A stretch of DNA of 64,000 bases, taken from the NCBI GenBank assembly GCA_963823655.1, contig CAWGMK010000004.1, positions 32,001 through 96,000 on the forward strand. The letters run 5' to 3'. A program made the translations under genes and the position numbers. This DNA is from an uncultured Bacillota bacterium. GTDB lineage: Bacteria; Bacillota; DTU025; MWDF01. The notes under the pieces are model-generated. The model ran no database searches, was not told the origin of the DNA, and was given only the letters and a program-made list of their open reading frames with translations. Below are positions 1-9,334 of the stretch, in pieces; the first letter of the stretch is position 1; the number at the start of each line of letters is the position of its first letter.

Positions 1-598
1 ATACGTCGGCATCATGGTCCATCTTCTTAAGCTCGGTCGCGCACTGCCATATGGCGGCCAGGCACACCCTGTCGTCCATGGATTTGCCTGCTATCCTGCC
101 GTTGGCAAGCTCTATGCTCTTCCTTCTGAAGCTAACGATGTCACCAACGCGTACAAGCTTCCTGAGCTCCTCTTCCGAGTAGCCGCAGTCGATGACTAGC
201 TCTTCCATCTTCCAGGCTTTCTTCCTGTCCTCATCCGTTTGAAGATGCGGGGGGCATGCCGAGAACACTCCGAAGATGTCCTTGCGGCCGTGGACGACCA
301 CTTCCATGGAAGGCAGTATGCGCTGGTCAATGCCGCCTACCTGTGTCACCCTCAGGAACCCGCCCTTTTCGATCCTTTTTACAATCATGCCGATCTCGTC
401 ATAGTGTGCGGCCAGCATTATCTTGGCCGTCCCGGGCGTCCTGCCCTTTTTCAGCATTACGATGCTGCCAAGCTTGTCCACCCTTACCTCGTCCACATAA
501 TCCTTGAAAAGGGATTTGACCAGCTCTGCCGAGTTGGTCTCGTGGCCGGACACGCCGTAGGTGTCCGAGAGCTTCATTACTACTTCTTTAAGCTCCAT
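1..598 (-). CDS. M42 family metallopeptidase (aminopeptidase/FrvX-like), truncated at the window edge
   Basis: Manual translation from ATG 598: MELKEVVMKLSDTYGVSGHE...IMLAAHYDEIG...GGID...GKSMDDRVC, the M42 metal-binding motifs. SD-like GAGGAG upstream. Not in the ORF track because no stop falls inside the window. Confidence 0.9.
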   Translation of the reverse strand, partial: MELKEVVMKLSDTYGVSGHETNSAELVKSLFKDYVDEVRVDKLGSIVMLKKGRTPGTAKIMLAAHYDEIGMIVKRIEKGGFLRVTQVGGIDQRILPSMEVVVHGRKDIFGVFSACPPHLQTDEDRKKAWKMEELVIDCGYSEEELRKLVRVGDIVSFRRKSIELANGRIAGKSMDDRVCLAAIWQCATELKKMDHDADV

Positions 599-677
599 TT
601 CCGAACTCCTCTCTGATGAGCTGGAATATACATTTATAATTCTACAATTATTCCCGTTCTTTTTCACCCGTAAGTGC

Positions 678-711
678 AAAAAAGCAGGCAGCCCCGCTCG
701 CTGCCTGCTTT
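678..711 (-). terminator. Intrinsic terminator
   Basis: Stem GCAGGCAGC/GCTGCCTGC with a 7-nt loop, followed by a T6 tract on the minus strand. Confidence 0.8.
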
Positions 712-774
712 AAGGGAGGTATTCGCATGTCTTCGCATTTACTCGTCTTGCCCGTGCTTGCTCTTACTTAATAG

Positions 775-799
775 AACGTGCGGGGTCAATAAAAGTTCC
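775..799 (-). promoter_or_regulatory. Putative ECF sigma promoter (GGAAC-N16-CGTT)
   Basis: Minus strand reads GGAAC TTTTATTGACCCCGCA CGTT. Same spacing as the motif at 28358-28382. Confidence 0.5.
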
Positions 800-824
800 A
801 TAGAATCTTTTTGGAAGGCAGCGG

Positions 825-1493
825 CTACTTGAACCTCTCTCCGCATTCGCTGCAGAAACGGGCTCCCGGCTGCGTCTTAGCTCCGCAGGCGGGGCATGTG
901 TCCATCACGGCGCGCGCTCCGCAGTTGCTGCAGAACTTGCCTTGCGTAACAGGCTTGCCGCATTCGGGGCAGACAATCGCTTTGGATTCGATCTTGCCCT
1001 CGAACACCTTGGTATCCTGAGCCTTCTCCTCGATATCCTGCACCATCTTCCTGGATTTGGCAGCAGCCACCTCTATATTTAGCCTGGGGGCGCACTCGGT
1101 GCACAGGCCTTCTTCCTCGTTGAAATCTGATTTGCACACCCAGCTGCGGCACCTCTGGCAGCGCTGGAAGTGGCCCTTGGCCTCGTTCATCGCGATTTCG
1201 AAGGCGCTTTCGTGCTCTTTCTGCCACTCGGGCGACATCCCGTGGAAACGCTCCGAGATCACGTCGGCCCCTCTTTCGATGCCCCAGCCCAGATTATGGC
1301 CGCGGCCTAATATGGAGGTTCCGATCGATATGCCGCGCGAAATCCCCCTGAGCATGCTTCCCTTCCTGTAAGTCTGGGATTCCACGAAATTGGTTTTGAA
1401 GCCGTCATTGCACTTGTCGCAGTAGAAGGTGAACTGGAAGCCCGCTTCGGTGCTGTTATCCTCGTAATTCCTTGTGAACGACTGCATAGGCAT
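825..1493 (-). CDS. Zinc-ribbon (double zinc ribbon) domain protein
   Basis: Many CxxC pairs, C-terminal CPECG...FCSNCG...CPACG...FCSECG. GGAGG SD. Confidence 0.8.
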   Translation of the reverse strand: MPMQSFTRNYEDNSTEAGFQFTFYCDKCNDGFKTNFVESQTYRKGSMLRGISRGISIGTSILGRGHNLGWGIERGADVISERFHGMSPEWQKEHESAFEIAMNEAKGHFQRCQRCRSWVCKSDFNEEEGLCTECAPRLNIEVAAAKSRKMVQDIEEKAQDTKVFEGKIESKAIVCPECGKPVTQGKFCSNCGARAVMDTCPACGAKTQPGARFCSECGERFK

Positions 1494-1505
1494 GTTTTTA
1501 CCTCC

Positions 1506-1838
1506 TTATCTGACTACCTTGCTTTTGCATTTGATACAAGTGGTTATTGTGTAGAGCTGGGTATTGCCGCACTTCTTATTTGTGCATGTGCCGAGCATCG
1601 ATGCCCCGCATTCAGGACACACTCTCAGGTGCGCTGCTACAGGCTTCGAACATGAGGGGCAACTCGCCTTCAGGTCAAGGCCGCACGAGGGGCACTTCAA
1701 GTAACCCTTCTCCAGCGGGCCCCGGCATTTGGGGCACCTCTGGACGAATGGATCCTCTGCGCCGCAGAACGGGCAGACCCTCGCGTCCCCGGGAACAAGT
1801 TTGTCGCAGTACATGCAGAAGTGCTTATAGACCGCCAT
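1506..1838 (-). CDS. Small multi-zinc-ribbon protein
   Basis: Start MAVYKHFCMYC after a GGAGGTG SD. Sequence is almost entirely CxxC repeats. Confidence 0.75.
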   Translation of the reverse strand: MAVYKHFCMYCDKLVPGDARVCPFCGAEDPFVQRCPKCRGPLEKGYLKCPSCGLDLKASCPSCSKPVAAHLRVCPECGASMLGTCTNKKCGNTQLYTITTCIKCKSKVVR

Positions 1839-1839
1839 T

Positions 1840-3039
1840 TTAAACACCTCCGGAAATCGGAGCGGCTCCTGCTTCGGCCAGAAGCCTATCCACCCATTTT
1901 CCATCCTCCGTATGAGCTATCCTGCCCTTAAACATGCTCCTGACCTTCACAAGCTCCGGCACGTCCTCCAGGGCCTGGAGGTAGCTTTCATTCCCGGGCT
2001 CCTTAAGTTTCTCCTCGCTTAGGTAAATCGGCTCCCTGCGGAATCCGATATTCGTTAGGCACCAGTTTAAATCCTCGACGAAGCCTGCAAAACCCGTTCC
2101 TTCGCACTTGAAGATGTATGCCGCCCTTGCGGCCTGCTCAGATGCCGAAATTGCGTCCATCACGCCCGTTTCGCCGATTTTGGCCAGCACCCATACATAA
2201 TCCCCGTCCAGCTCGCCCATCAGGCCCTTCTTGATGCCGAACGCCAATTCTTCGGCCGAACGGACAAGAGGCGCCAGCTTCGAGGAATTGACGAATCTCA
2301 TCATCGCGTCGGCTAAAGTCGGGGCCTTCTCCCTGAGCTGCCCCAGGACCACGGCCCTTCCATCGCGAAAGACCGCCGAGACCTGTTTGATGTCCGAATC
2401 GGATTCGAGGCCCAGCATCGTGCCCGCCATTTCGGCAAGCTCCTTGGAAAGCTGAGCCATAAGTTCAGGCATACGCCTCAGGAGGTGGTCCTTGCGCCTT
2501 CCCAGCATTGATATCGCAACATCCGGGCCCTTTTGCATCCTTATGTTAACTGCCAGGCCCTCATCGAGTATGTCCCTGACATAGGTATAAGGCAGCCTTT
2601 TCACTTTGCCGCTTCTTGAATCGGTTATAGAGGCATGGGTTGCATAAAGCCTCAACGTGCCGGGCCTTCTGCCCCTTCTAGCAAGGTCATACTCTATCTC
2701 TTCGAACGATTCCTGATGCTTCTCCAGTATGACGCTGTCTGAAAGCTTCCCCTTCTTGTACCACAGCCCTATCGTCTCAGCGGCCTTGTCGAACCTCCTG
2801 CCGAACTTGGACAGCCTGATCTGAGCCGAATTCGTAGAAAGCTTAATATCGCTATCGCCTGTTTCGAGCTTGCTTACCTTCCTTGCCGTCAACAGGATTT
2901 CCTTATCCGAGCCCCTTCTTATGGAAAGCAAATCTCCAGCCACCGTCACGATCGCAGCCTCGCTGCCCCCGCCGTCAAGTTCGCAGGCGCACTCGAAAAC
3001 CTCTTCAACCTTGCCCGCCGCAGCCGTTTTCTTATCCAT
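1840..3039 (-). CDS. Hypothetical protein, possibly with tandem bacterial PH-like domains
   Basis: 399-aa ORF with AGGAGG SD. Two similar beta-rich segments (SKFGRRFD; SMLGRRKD). Abuts the zinc-ribbon genes. Confidence 0.6.
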   Translation of the reverse strand: MDKKTAAAGKVEEVFECACELDGGGSEAAIVTVAGDLLSIRRGSDKEILLTARKVSKLETGDSDIKLSTNSAQIRLSKFGRRFDKAAETIGLWYKKGKLSDSVILEKHQESFEEIEYDLARRGRRPGTLRLYATHASITDSRSGKVKRLPYTYVRDILDEGLAVNIRMQKGPDVAISMLGRRKDHLLRRMPELMAQLSKELAEMAGTMLGLESDSDIKQVSAVFRDGRAVVLGQLREKAPTLADAMMRFVNSSKLAPLVRSAEELAFGIKKGLMGELDGDYVWVLAKIGETGVMDAISASEQAARAAYIFKCEGTGFAGFVEDLNWCLTNIGFRREPIYLSEEKLKEPGNESYLQALEDVPELVKVRSMFKGRIAHTEDGKWVDRLLAEAGAAPISGGV

Positions 3040-3215
3040 GTCGCCCTCCTATCTACCTAGATTTTAATTCTACTGACGACAATGAAACTCCTGCTATTGT
3101 GAAGTTAATTACTATTAGTTAATGTATTATTTTTAATACAATGCCGCGTAAGTATTTAAAAATATTATGCATTTCTGTTATTATCTCATTTGTGGAATTA
3201 AAAGGAGGATACCAA

Positions 3216-3647
3216 ATGCAGTCTACCGATTCACAGCAGATCATAGGTCTAATCATGAGATTGTCCGATAAGATCGAGAAGTCCTATGTCAAGAAGGCCC
3301 TGGACAAGAACATGGGAGACCTGACCCTCGGAGAGGCCCGGACCATTGACGCAATAAGCGATGACGGCTTCAAGACGATGAAGCAGATAGCCAAGTCGAT
3401 TTCGGTTGCCCCCAATGCGGCAACTGCGGTCGTCGACAGGCTTGTTGCCAAGGGCATTGCCGAGCGCAAGCCCGGCGAGACGGACAGAAGGCTTTGCCTT
3501 GTGAAGTTGACCCCCAAGGGAACTGACGTCCTCAAGAAGATCAACGTTACGATGAAGGCCGAAACGAAGGACTTCTTCCATTACCTGAGCGAAGAAGAGG
3601 CCAACTCCTTCTATCTTACGCTCGAGAAGATTCACGAGAACATCTAG
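3216..3647 (+). CDS. MarR family transcriptional regulator
   Basis: Winged-HTH motif VDRLVAKG...DRRLCLVKLTPKG. AAAGGAGG SD before ATG 3216. Confidence 0.9.
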   Translation: MQSTDSQQIIGLIMRLSDKIEKSYVKKALDKNMGDLTLGEARTIDAISDDGFKTMKQIAKSISVAPNAATAVVDRLVAKGIAERKPGETDRRLCLVKLTPKGTDVLKKINVTMKAETKDFFHYLSEEEANSFYLTLEKIHENI

Positions 3648-3671
3648 CTCGCGATAGGCCGACTAGACAGC

Positions 3672-3709
3672 AAGGGCGAACCCGTGGTTTTCCACGGGTT
3701 CGTCTTTTT
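3672..3709 (+). terminator. Intrinsic terminator after marR
   Basis: GGCGAACCCGTGG-TTTT-CCACGGGTTCGTC followed by a T tract. Confidence 0.8.
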
Positions 3710-3775
3710 CATTTTTGATTGTCCTCTTCACCGACTGTCTGTCAAGGCTTAGTGCCGGCGAAGCAAAGGCATGTA

Positions 3776-4453
3776 CTAGGGCGTCGGAAGAGGCATCGGT
3801 GACATGCTGCCCTTATAGGTTACCTCAATGCTTTCAAAAGTAGGCCCGTAGCCATAATCGATGCCCTCATCGTTGCGGGCTACCAGGTTGGGGCCCAGCC
3901 AGTCGGCATCATTGAATTGCAGGTCATAATCTGCGAACTCCACGTCATTCATGGAAAGCGTAATGTTCTTCCCGACCTTCTTCAGGACGTAGGTGTTATA
4001 GCCGTCCCTGTTCAGCCCGGGCACCGGTTCGTTGTGGGAAGTCCAATAGGTGGAACCGCTGTCATTATGGTCTCCGATATCGTAGTACTCCTCGTTATCG
4101 CCGATATTGTACATGTCCACATGAACGTCGCTTTCAGTAGTACCCCACCAGGTGCCGTCGCCAAGTCCCAGCCCTAGCCAGTAGTCGTGATCCTCGTCGG
4201 CATTGAGCCAGAAATTGACCGTCACCGTAAAGTCACCGGAGAATCTGAACGGGCAAGCCAGATTCGCATCCTGGATATTGACACCGTCTTCGTTAAATTG
4301 GTAACCGGCTTCTTCAGGGAACCAAGTGCCCTCGGCATTCGACAGGCCTTGCTCATCTGCAAAGCTGAAGAAGTAGACCTTCTCACCGCAGCCGGCAAGG
4401 GACAGGGCGAATACGAACACAAATATCGCTATACATAGCCTGAATGGCTTCAT
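3776..4453 (-). CDS. Acidic lipoprotein, predicted ConA-like beta-sandwich (paralog 1)
   Basis: Signal peptide with lipobox LAGC. Shares motifs with 4533-5195 and 61536-62186. Confidence 0.7.
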   Translation of the reverse strand: MKPFRLCIAIFVFVFALSLAGCGEKVYFFSFADEQGLSNAEGTWFPEEAGYQFNEDGVNIQDANLACPFRFSGDFTVTVNFWLNADEDHDYWLGLGLGDGTWWGTTESDVHVDMYNIGDNEEYYDIGDHNDSGSTYWTSHNEPVPGLNRDGYNTYVLKKVGKNITLSMNDVEFADYDLQFNDADWLGPNLVARNDEGIDYGYGPTFESIEVTYKGSMSPMPLPTP

Positions 4454-4532
4454 GCTTACGCCTCCTTCCAAAACATCAGACTCCATTGCGGTTACAGGAT
4501 ATCCATATGCGAAATCGCAGGGATCGCTCCGT

Positions 4533-5195
4533 TCAGATTATGCGGATGGGGAATTCCTCGGAGATGCCCCCGTCGTGTTTGATAACGACTTCCAATATGG
4601 ATATCTCGCCGCCGTTTTCGCCCGTCCATATCGAGAAGAAGTTCTCGGTCCCATCGTAATAGCTGGCGTCAAACGACCTTAGTTTCCTCCCGTTCAAAGA
4701 TAGCGTATATGTGTTTCCATTTTTCTCAAGTACCATATTGTTCTCACCGTCGTATTCAATGCCGCTAATAGGTCCATATAGCTGCCAGAATGCGTCATCT
4801 TCCTCTGTGAATTCGCCGAAATCCCAGCCTTCGCTCCAGTCAGCGTCGCCAAGGCACCAAAAATCCGCCTCTATCTTGTGGTTTTCGCTCCAAAGCACAT
4901 CGTCTTCAATAGCGATGATCAACCTGGCATGACTGTCCAAATCAACATCAAGGTTGAACCTTACATTAACGCTGAAATCCCCTGTGAAATTGACTGGCGT
5001 CGTTATTGCAACGTGCGACATGCTCAGCCCGTATTCGTCCAAATCGTAAACACCGTCGGAATCGTCATAATACCAGTCGCTAATATCGGCTGAAGGATCC
5101 GTGAAATCATAAGACCAGGTCTTGTTCAGGCAGCCAGTCCCAAAGGCCGCCAGTAGGATCAGGAACGAAATTGCCATGATCCTTGATAATCTCAT
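4533..5195 (-). CDS. Acidic lipoprotein, predicted ConA-like beta-sandwich (paralog 2)
   Basis: MRLSRIM... with lipobox GTGC, then KTWSYDF and NFTGDFSVNVRFNLD. AAAGGAGGT SD. Confidence 0.7.
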   Translation of the reverse strand: MRLSRIMAISFLILLAAFGTGCLNKTWSYDFTDPSADISDWYYDDSDGVYDLDEYGLSMSHVAITTPVNFTGDFSVNVRFNLDVDLDSHARLIIAIEDDVLWSENHKIEADFWCLGDADWSEGWDFGEFTEEDDAFWQLYGPISGIEYDGENNMVLEKNGNTYTLSLNGRKLRSFDASYYDGTENFFSIWTGENGGEISILEVVIKHDGGISEEFPIRII

Positions 5196-5445
5196 GCTTA
5201 TACCTCCTTTTTCCTGTTGTTCACTTAATGTATTTGACGTTATGTTTGTGACTCCTTGTACTAATAAAAAATACTCCCAGCTAATAGTCATATAGATCCA
5301 TACGTGCTACAATACTGCCACTTATTGCCCCGGTTCAAGTTTTGCCTTACTGGAGCCATCCCCGCAAACTAAGGGGGCCAGTGGATAGACAGAATATTTG
5401 GGATGCAAAAGAAAAGGCCCCGCTTTCTAAGCGAGGCCTCATATT

Positions 5446-5530
5446 TGGTGCGGGAAGTGGGACTTGAACCCACACGGAGTAACCCATACGCCCCTCAAAC
5501 GTACGCGTCTGCCAGTTCCGCCATTCCCGC
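5446..5530 (-). tRNA. tRNA-Leu(GAG)
   Basis: GCGGGAATGGCGGAACTGGCAGACGCG TACGT TTGAGGG GCGTA ...GGGTTCAAGTCCC ACTTCCCGC ACCA. Long variable arm and encoded CCA. Hairpin/T-tract terminator at ~5407-5439. Confidence 0.95.
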
Positions 5531-5586
5531 AATATCGACTGCGAAAAAGATTATCCTATAATATCGGTCTTGCTGTCAATATGCGC

Positions 5587-6573
5587 TCAGGCTTTATCCG
5601 GTTTCCTAAGATGGCATGCGCAGAAGTGCGCGCCGCCGAGGTCTATGAAAGCCGGCTCCTCCACTTTGCAGATGTCCATCGCATAACGGCACCTGGTGTG
5701 GAACCTGCAGCCGGACGGAGGGGATATCGGCGATGGCACGTCCCCTTCAAGTATGATGCGGTTCTTCGTGTAATCGGGATCCGGTACCGGTATCGCCGAC
5801 AGAAGCGCTTCGGTATAGGGGTGCATCGGTGTTGCGAACAGCGCGTCCTTGGAGCACATCTCTACGATCTTGCCCAGGTACATGACCGCTATCCTGTTGG
5901 AAATGTGTTTTACGACAGAGAGGTCATGGGCTATGAACAGGTAGGTAAGCCCCATCTTCCTCTGCAGGTCCTGCAGAAGGTTAATAACCTGTGCCTGTAT
6001 GGACACGTCAAGTGCTGAAACCGGCTCGTCGCAGATAATCATCTGCGGATCCACCGCAAGCGCTCTTGCCACGCCGATCCTCTGCCTCTGGCCGCCTGAG
6101 AATTCGTGTGGATAGCGCCTGGCATGTGTCGCATTGAGGCCGACGGTCTCAAGCAGGTCTACGACCTTATCTTCCCTTGCCTTGCCGCTAGCCAGATTGT
6201 GGACGATGAGAGGCTCTGCGATTATCTCACCGACTTGCATCCTGGGGTTCAGCGACGCGTAAGGGTCCTGGAACACCATCTGGAGGTTGCGCCTGATTTC
6301 CCTCATGCGCTCGCGCGACATGTCGAATATGCTCTCGCCGTTGAACTCGGCTCTGCCTGACGTCGGCTCCTCAAGCCTGATGATGACTTTGCCGGTCGTG
6401 GACTTGCCGCATCCGGATTCGCCAACTAAGCCCAGCGTCTCGCCCTTATTTACGTAGAAGGATATGCCGTCGACCGCGCGCACGGCGGCAACCTGCTTCT
6501 TTCTTAGTATCCCCCTGGTTATGGGGAAATGCTTGACCAGGTTATCTACCTTGAGTAGAGGTGTAGTAGACAT
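5587..6573 (-). CDS. oppF: Oligopeptide/dipeptide ABC transporter ATP-binding subunit (OppF/AppF)
   Basis: [20 protein letters not shown], and a C-terminal oligo_HPY domain with GCRFHTRC. Confidence 0.92.
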   Translation of the reverse strand: MSTTPLLKVDNLVKHFPITRGILRKKQVAAVRAVDGISFYVNKGETLGLVGESGCGKSTTGKVIIRLEEPTSGRAEFNGESIFDMSRERMREIRRNLQMVFQDPYASLNPRMQVGEIIAEPLIVHNLASGKAREDKVVDLLETVGLNATHARRYPHEFSGGQRQRIGVARALAVDPQMIICDEPVSALDVSIQAQVINLLQDLQRKMGLTYLFIAHDLSVVKHISNRIAVMYLGKIVEMCSKDALFATPMHPYTEALLSAIPVPDPDYTKNRIILEGDVPSPISPPSGCRFHTRCRYAMDICKVEEPAFIDLGGAHFCACHLRKPDKA

Positions 6574-6575
6574 AT

Positions 6576-7580
6576 CTAAGCCTCCTTGCCAGCGGGGCTA
6601 GCATCTTTGTAGTCTGTAACCATCCAGCATGCTACTTCGTGGTTCTCCCCGACTTTTACAAGGGGCGGCTGCTTTTGCAAGCAGATGTCCTTGGCATGAT
6701 GGCATCTCGGATTGAACCTGCAGCCTTCAGGCATGCAGAAAGGATTGGGTACGGTCCCCTCGATGACGTTGAGGCGCTCTTTGGTCTCGTTCAGCTTGGG
6801 TATAGAACCCAGAAGGCCTAGGGTGTACGGGTGCGTAGGGTTCTTGTATATGCTCCTTACGGCAGCCTTCTCGACTATCTTGCCGGCATACATGACTATC
6901 ACATCGTCCGCAAGGTCGGCGACCACGCCCAGATCGTGCGTAATCAGCATGATCGAGGCGTTGAAGTCATTCCTGACCTTCTTCATCAGGTCGAGGATCT
7001 GGGCTTGTATGGTAACGTCAAGAGCCGTAGTGGGCTCGTCTGCAATCAGTAGCTTGGAGTTGCATGACAGCGCCATGGCGATCATAACCCTCTGCCTCAT
7101 GCCGCCTGACATCTGGTGCGGATAATCATCTATCCTGCGCTCCGCGGAGGGGATGCCGACCTTTTTAAGCAGGTCGATTGCCTGCTGCCTTGCCTGCTTC
7201 TTCGTGACCTTCTGGTGAAGCAATATCGCCTCGCAGATCTGGTCGCCGATTGTGAACACGGGGTTAAGGCTGGTCATCGGCTCCTGGAATATCATCGAGA
7301 TGTCGTTGCCGCGCACACTGCGCATCTCCTTCTCGCTCTTCTGGAGAAGGTCTGCGCCCTCGAAGACTATCTTGCCGGACACTATCTTGCCGGGAGGGCT
7401 GGCTATCAGCCTCATGACTGAAAGCGACGTAACGCTTTTCCCGCAGCCGGATTCGCCGACTATTCCTATTGTCTTGCCCTTGTCCAATGTGAAGCTTATA
7501 CCGTCTACGGCCTTAACAACCCCGTCTTCAGTATAAAAGTATGTCCTGAGGTCCTGCACCTCAAGAAGTCTTTCTGACAT
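6576..7580 (-). CDS. oppD: Oligopeptide/dipeptide ABC transporter ATP-binding subunit (OppD/AppD)
   Basis: GESGCGKSVT, IFQEPMTSLNP, MSGGMRQR, HPYT. Confidence 0.92.
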   Translation of the reverse strand: MSERLLEVQDLRTYFYTEDGVVKAVDGISFTLDKGKTIGIVGESGCGKSVTSLSVMRLIASPPGKIVSGKIVFEGADLLQKSEKEMRSVRGNDISMIFQEPMTSLNPVFTIGDQICEAILLHQKVTKKQARQQAIDLLKKVGIPSAERRIDDYPHQMSGGMRQRVMIAMALSCNSKLLIADEPTTALDVTIQAQILDLMKKVRNDFNASIMLITHDLGVVADLADDVIVMYAGKIVEKAAVRSIYKNPTHPYTLGLLGSIPKLNETKERLNVIEGTVPNPFCMPEGCRFNPRCHHAKDICLQKQPPLVKVGENHEVACWMVTDYKDASPAGKEA

Positions 7581-7598
7581 GAAACTCCCTCCGAACTG

Positions 7599-8657
7599 CT
7601 AAATAAAGCGTATTAAGGCCGGATTCTCTATCCTGCCCGGGATTCTTCCCCTTTTTGCTATCGCCCTGTCACCGATCTCTTTGATGTCCATGGTCATATC
7701 TATCGGCTTCGCCGCGGAGATATAGCTGCCAACTCCAAAAGAATCGGCTCCCGCTTCGGCAAGCAACCTTATCCGATCCGGGCTTAGCCCTCCGGACACG
7801 AAGATCTTCACATGGTCGAAGCCTTCCTGGTCAAGCCTCGCCCTAACCTCACGCACGAGCCCCGCAGTGACTCCTCCGCGCTCGCCCGGCGTATCGAGCC
7901 TTATGCCCTGAAGCTTCTTTCCGAGCGCCCTTGCCACGTTTAGGGCCTCCTCGGCCTCATCTTTGAATGTATCTACCAAAATCGTCCTCGACTCCGAGGC
8001 GGGCATTATCTCATCGTACTTCTTGGCTACGGATACGGTGTCTCCTGCCACAAGGAAAACCGCGTGAGGGCATGTCCCTTTAGGGGCGAGGCCCATCAAC
8101 TTGGCTCCTAGTATGCAGCTTGCGCCGTCAGCGCCTCCGACTATCGCGGCCCTCTCCATGACAGGGGCCACAGCCGGGTGCAGATGCCTCGCCCCGAAGC
8201 TGATGAAAGTCTTATCGCCGGCAGCTTCCCTTATAACGCGGGCGGCGGTCGCCCATGCGCTGGAGCTTGCAAGCATTCCGAGAAGGGCCGTCTCATATAT
8301 GCCGAAGTCCGAGTATTTCCCGATTATGCGCATCACGGTATCCTTCGCCTTGAAAGGAGTGCCTTCAGGGATTGCCCAGACCTCTAGGTCCATGCCCTCA
8401 AACAGCGCAAGTACTTCCGGCAGCCCTGCGAAGATGCCGGTTTCACGGGGAAATACCTCGGCTGTGACAGGAGTGTCCGCTATGCCCATATCCGTGAGGA
8501 TCTCCTTCGTCTTCACGAAGTAAACGTCCGTAGTAAGGCCGTTCATAATTTCCTCATGGGTAGCGGAAAAAAGCCCTCTGTCTTTTCCCGGGTCGAAATC
8601 ATTGACTTCCTTGAGGGTGGATATGCGCTTTATCGTGGGCATACTTGTTTCCCCCAT
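7599..8657 (-). CDS. pncB: Nicotinate phosphoribosyltransferase (short, archaeal-like form)
   Basis: TTDVYF, FGARH, GTCPH, LVDTF, IRLDTP, IFVSGG, FGVGSYI, AKRG motifs. Confidence 0.85.
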   Translation of the reverse strand: MGETSMPTIKRISTLKEVNDFDPGKDRGLFSATHEEIMNGLTTDVYFVKTKEILTDMGIADTPVTAEVFPRETGIFAGLPEVLALFEGMDLEVWAIPEGTPFKAKDTVMRIIGKYSDFGIYETALLGMLASSSAWATAARVIREAAGDKTFISFGARHLHPAVAPVMERAAIVGGADGASCILGAKLMGLAPKGTCPHAVFLVAGDTVSVAKKYDEIMPASESRTILVDTFKDEAEEALNVARALGKKLQGIRLDTPGERGGVTAGLVREVRARLDQEGFDHVKIFVSGGLSPDRIRLLAEAGADSFGVGSYISAAKPIDMTMDIKEIGDRAIAKRGRIPGRIENPALIRFI

Positions 8658-8747
8658 AGCATTGATGAAGATAAACTATAAAAATTATACACTTTCCCAA
8701 ATACGATTCACAGTAGTTGCTATATAAGATATGCAAGCTTGCATACT

Positions 8748-9333
8748 CTATTCGATCGCGCCATAAGTCTTTGCATACATGTCCCATGCCTTGAGGACTC
8801 GCCTAACGAATTCCCGGGTCTCCTCGAAGGGTATGTCGGACAAATTGTCCGCCTCTCCGGACCAAGTATTGCCTTCGATCCAGCCGTCTACATTCCCCAT
8901 CCCTGCATTGTAGGCGGCAATCGCAGCTGCCGGCTGTTCGTAGTCGTCCAGCAGAGTACGAGATATAGTAGGACCCTATCATGATATTGAAGTCCGAGTC
9001 GAGCAGCATATTGTCGTAGTAGTTGCCGGTGCCAAGCGTTTCGGCAACCCATTTCCCTGTGTCCGGCATAACTTGCATAAGGCCTATGGCGCCGCTTTTA
9101 GACTTGGCAGCCGATCTGAAATTGCTCTCCACTTTAATCAGGGCCATTATCAAGTACGGGTCGATGCCGAAAGCCTCTCCGTATTGCTTGGCCTTGTCCC
9201 AATGAAGCTTAGGGTATGTCAGCCTGTTCGGCAGGTTCGTAAAGAAGAGAGCTGCGATCAGAATGGCCGCAATGACCCTGAAAGCCAGCAGCAGATATAT
9301 AGGTTTTGAGCCTTTTGCGGCTTTTGCCGACAT
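8748..9333 (-). CDS. Soluble lytic transglycosylase (SLT domain), one frameshift near 8965
   Basis: ALIKVESNF, SGAIGLMQVMPDT. The other frame continues IAAYNAG...IPFEETREFVRRV to TAG at 8748. Confidence 0.85.
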
Positions 9334-9334
9334 T

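Noticed and set aside
5347-5532. 61-aa [13 protein letters not shown]...
   Set aside because: It is a translation of the tRNA-Leu gene.
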